Shown here in pieces: positions 63,215 to 64,000 of a stretch of 64,000 nucleotides of DNA. This DNA comes from Felis catus (taxonomy: Eukaryota), in contig NC_058383.1 in assembly GCF_018350175.1 (NCBI RefSeq), positions 16,370,001 to 16,434,000 of the forward strand, in the 5' to 3' direction. Below the pieces are notes generated by a model. The model had not been told where the DNA came from. It did no database searches and saw only the letters and a program-made list of their open reading frames with translations. Position numbers and translations under genes: made by a program. Within the stretch, counting starts at the first letter, position 1; every line of letters starts with the position of its first letter.

Positions 63215-64000
63215 GAGGAGTTAAGATGTTAGAGAAGTAGGGTACCCTGGGCTTTCCTGTCCTTCAAACACAGCTGTATTGAGGTCATATCACTTGGAAC
63301 ACTTAGAAAATCAATCTGTGTACTGGCCAAAGGATCTCCATGGTTGAGGGGAGACAGTGTGGCAGGTGTGAGGTGCATGGAAGAGAACTGGGGGTGAGAA
63401 AAACAGCAGTGCCATGGAGGGCAGGGAACGTTTCTGTGGAGACACAAAAGGGAGAGAAAGAAAGAAGGGTTGAAAGAGTGAGGCATTGGGTTCATACAAG
63501 ATGAAAACCTCTGTAGACCACAGACTGAGGAGAGAGAAGTACTGAGTATTGCAGGGTTTTTTGCAAACAGCACTTGGAGCTCAAACTCTGAGGTTTTGGA
63601 AGTGTGTGACATTCTCCAGAGCAGAGCTACTAGGGAGAAGGAGGGAGCTGGTTCTTGAGTGCATAGTGTGGTGTAGGGATCTCTGGGGGCACACTGGGAG
63701 AGAACATTCCCCATTCCTGGAATACTTTCAGAAGATGGTATATTGCCTTTCCAAGGACAAAAGATCCTGTAGGCTCCAGCAAAAGGCCTTTTACTGGCAG
63801 ATGACAGAGACGGGCTCAGAAGGCATATAACCTTATTGCTGCTTTTACCAGTGCACCAGTATAGATTCTGCACACAGGCCAGACATGGGGCTGTTTTTCT
63901 GGGCCAGAGGACATCAGACAGAGCATGGAGAGGCTCTACTCCAGAGGAAGGGGGAAGGTCTGTGTGGTTCTGGGTCCTTTAAAACTTCAAGTTTTGAATC
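63215..64000 (+). mobile_element. 5'UTR of another carnivore L1, continuing past the window
   Basis: Begins gaggagttaagatg...agtaggg.accctgggctt, like carnivore L1 5' ends. Confidence 0.6.

Noticed and set aside
63229..63873. 214-aa minus-strand ORF
   Set aside because: Antisense to an old L1 5'UTR, with a non-ATG start, a single copy and no second copy to support it.

Overview
Carnivore, most likely felid, genomic DNA (Felidae-type Can-SINEs and L1s). The first ~13.6 kb holds the 5' end of a minus-strand KRAB zinc-finger gene that I recognise from memory as ZNF713. It has a CpG-island promoter and exon 1 at ~12.9-13.6 kb, and a first coding exon at 585-673 (MHSQNVILSQRGNMEEKEMNDESQVVRSQ); the KRAB and zinc-finger exons lie left of the window. 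The best observation is that the exon just upstream of the coding exon (1323-1839) contains a decayed SCAN-domain reading frame whose splice phase still joins in frame to the coding exon, suggesting the gene is a former SCAN-KRAB-ZF gene. The remaining ~50 kb is almost entirely nested retroelements. These include a near-intact full-length L1 (39445-45391) inserted into the env TM region of an old class III-type ERV, other full-length and truncated L1s (two pairs share disabling mutations), ERV-L dUTPase/integrase remnants, solo LTRs and many SINEs. A 34-nt U2 snRNA retrocopy with a target-site duplication lies in the ZNF713 first intron. No database searches were run: family and gene names come from recall, and most repeat boundaries are approximate.
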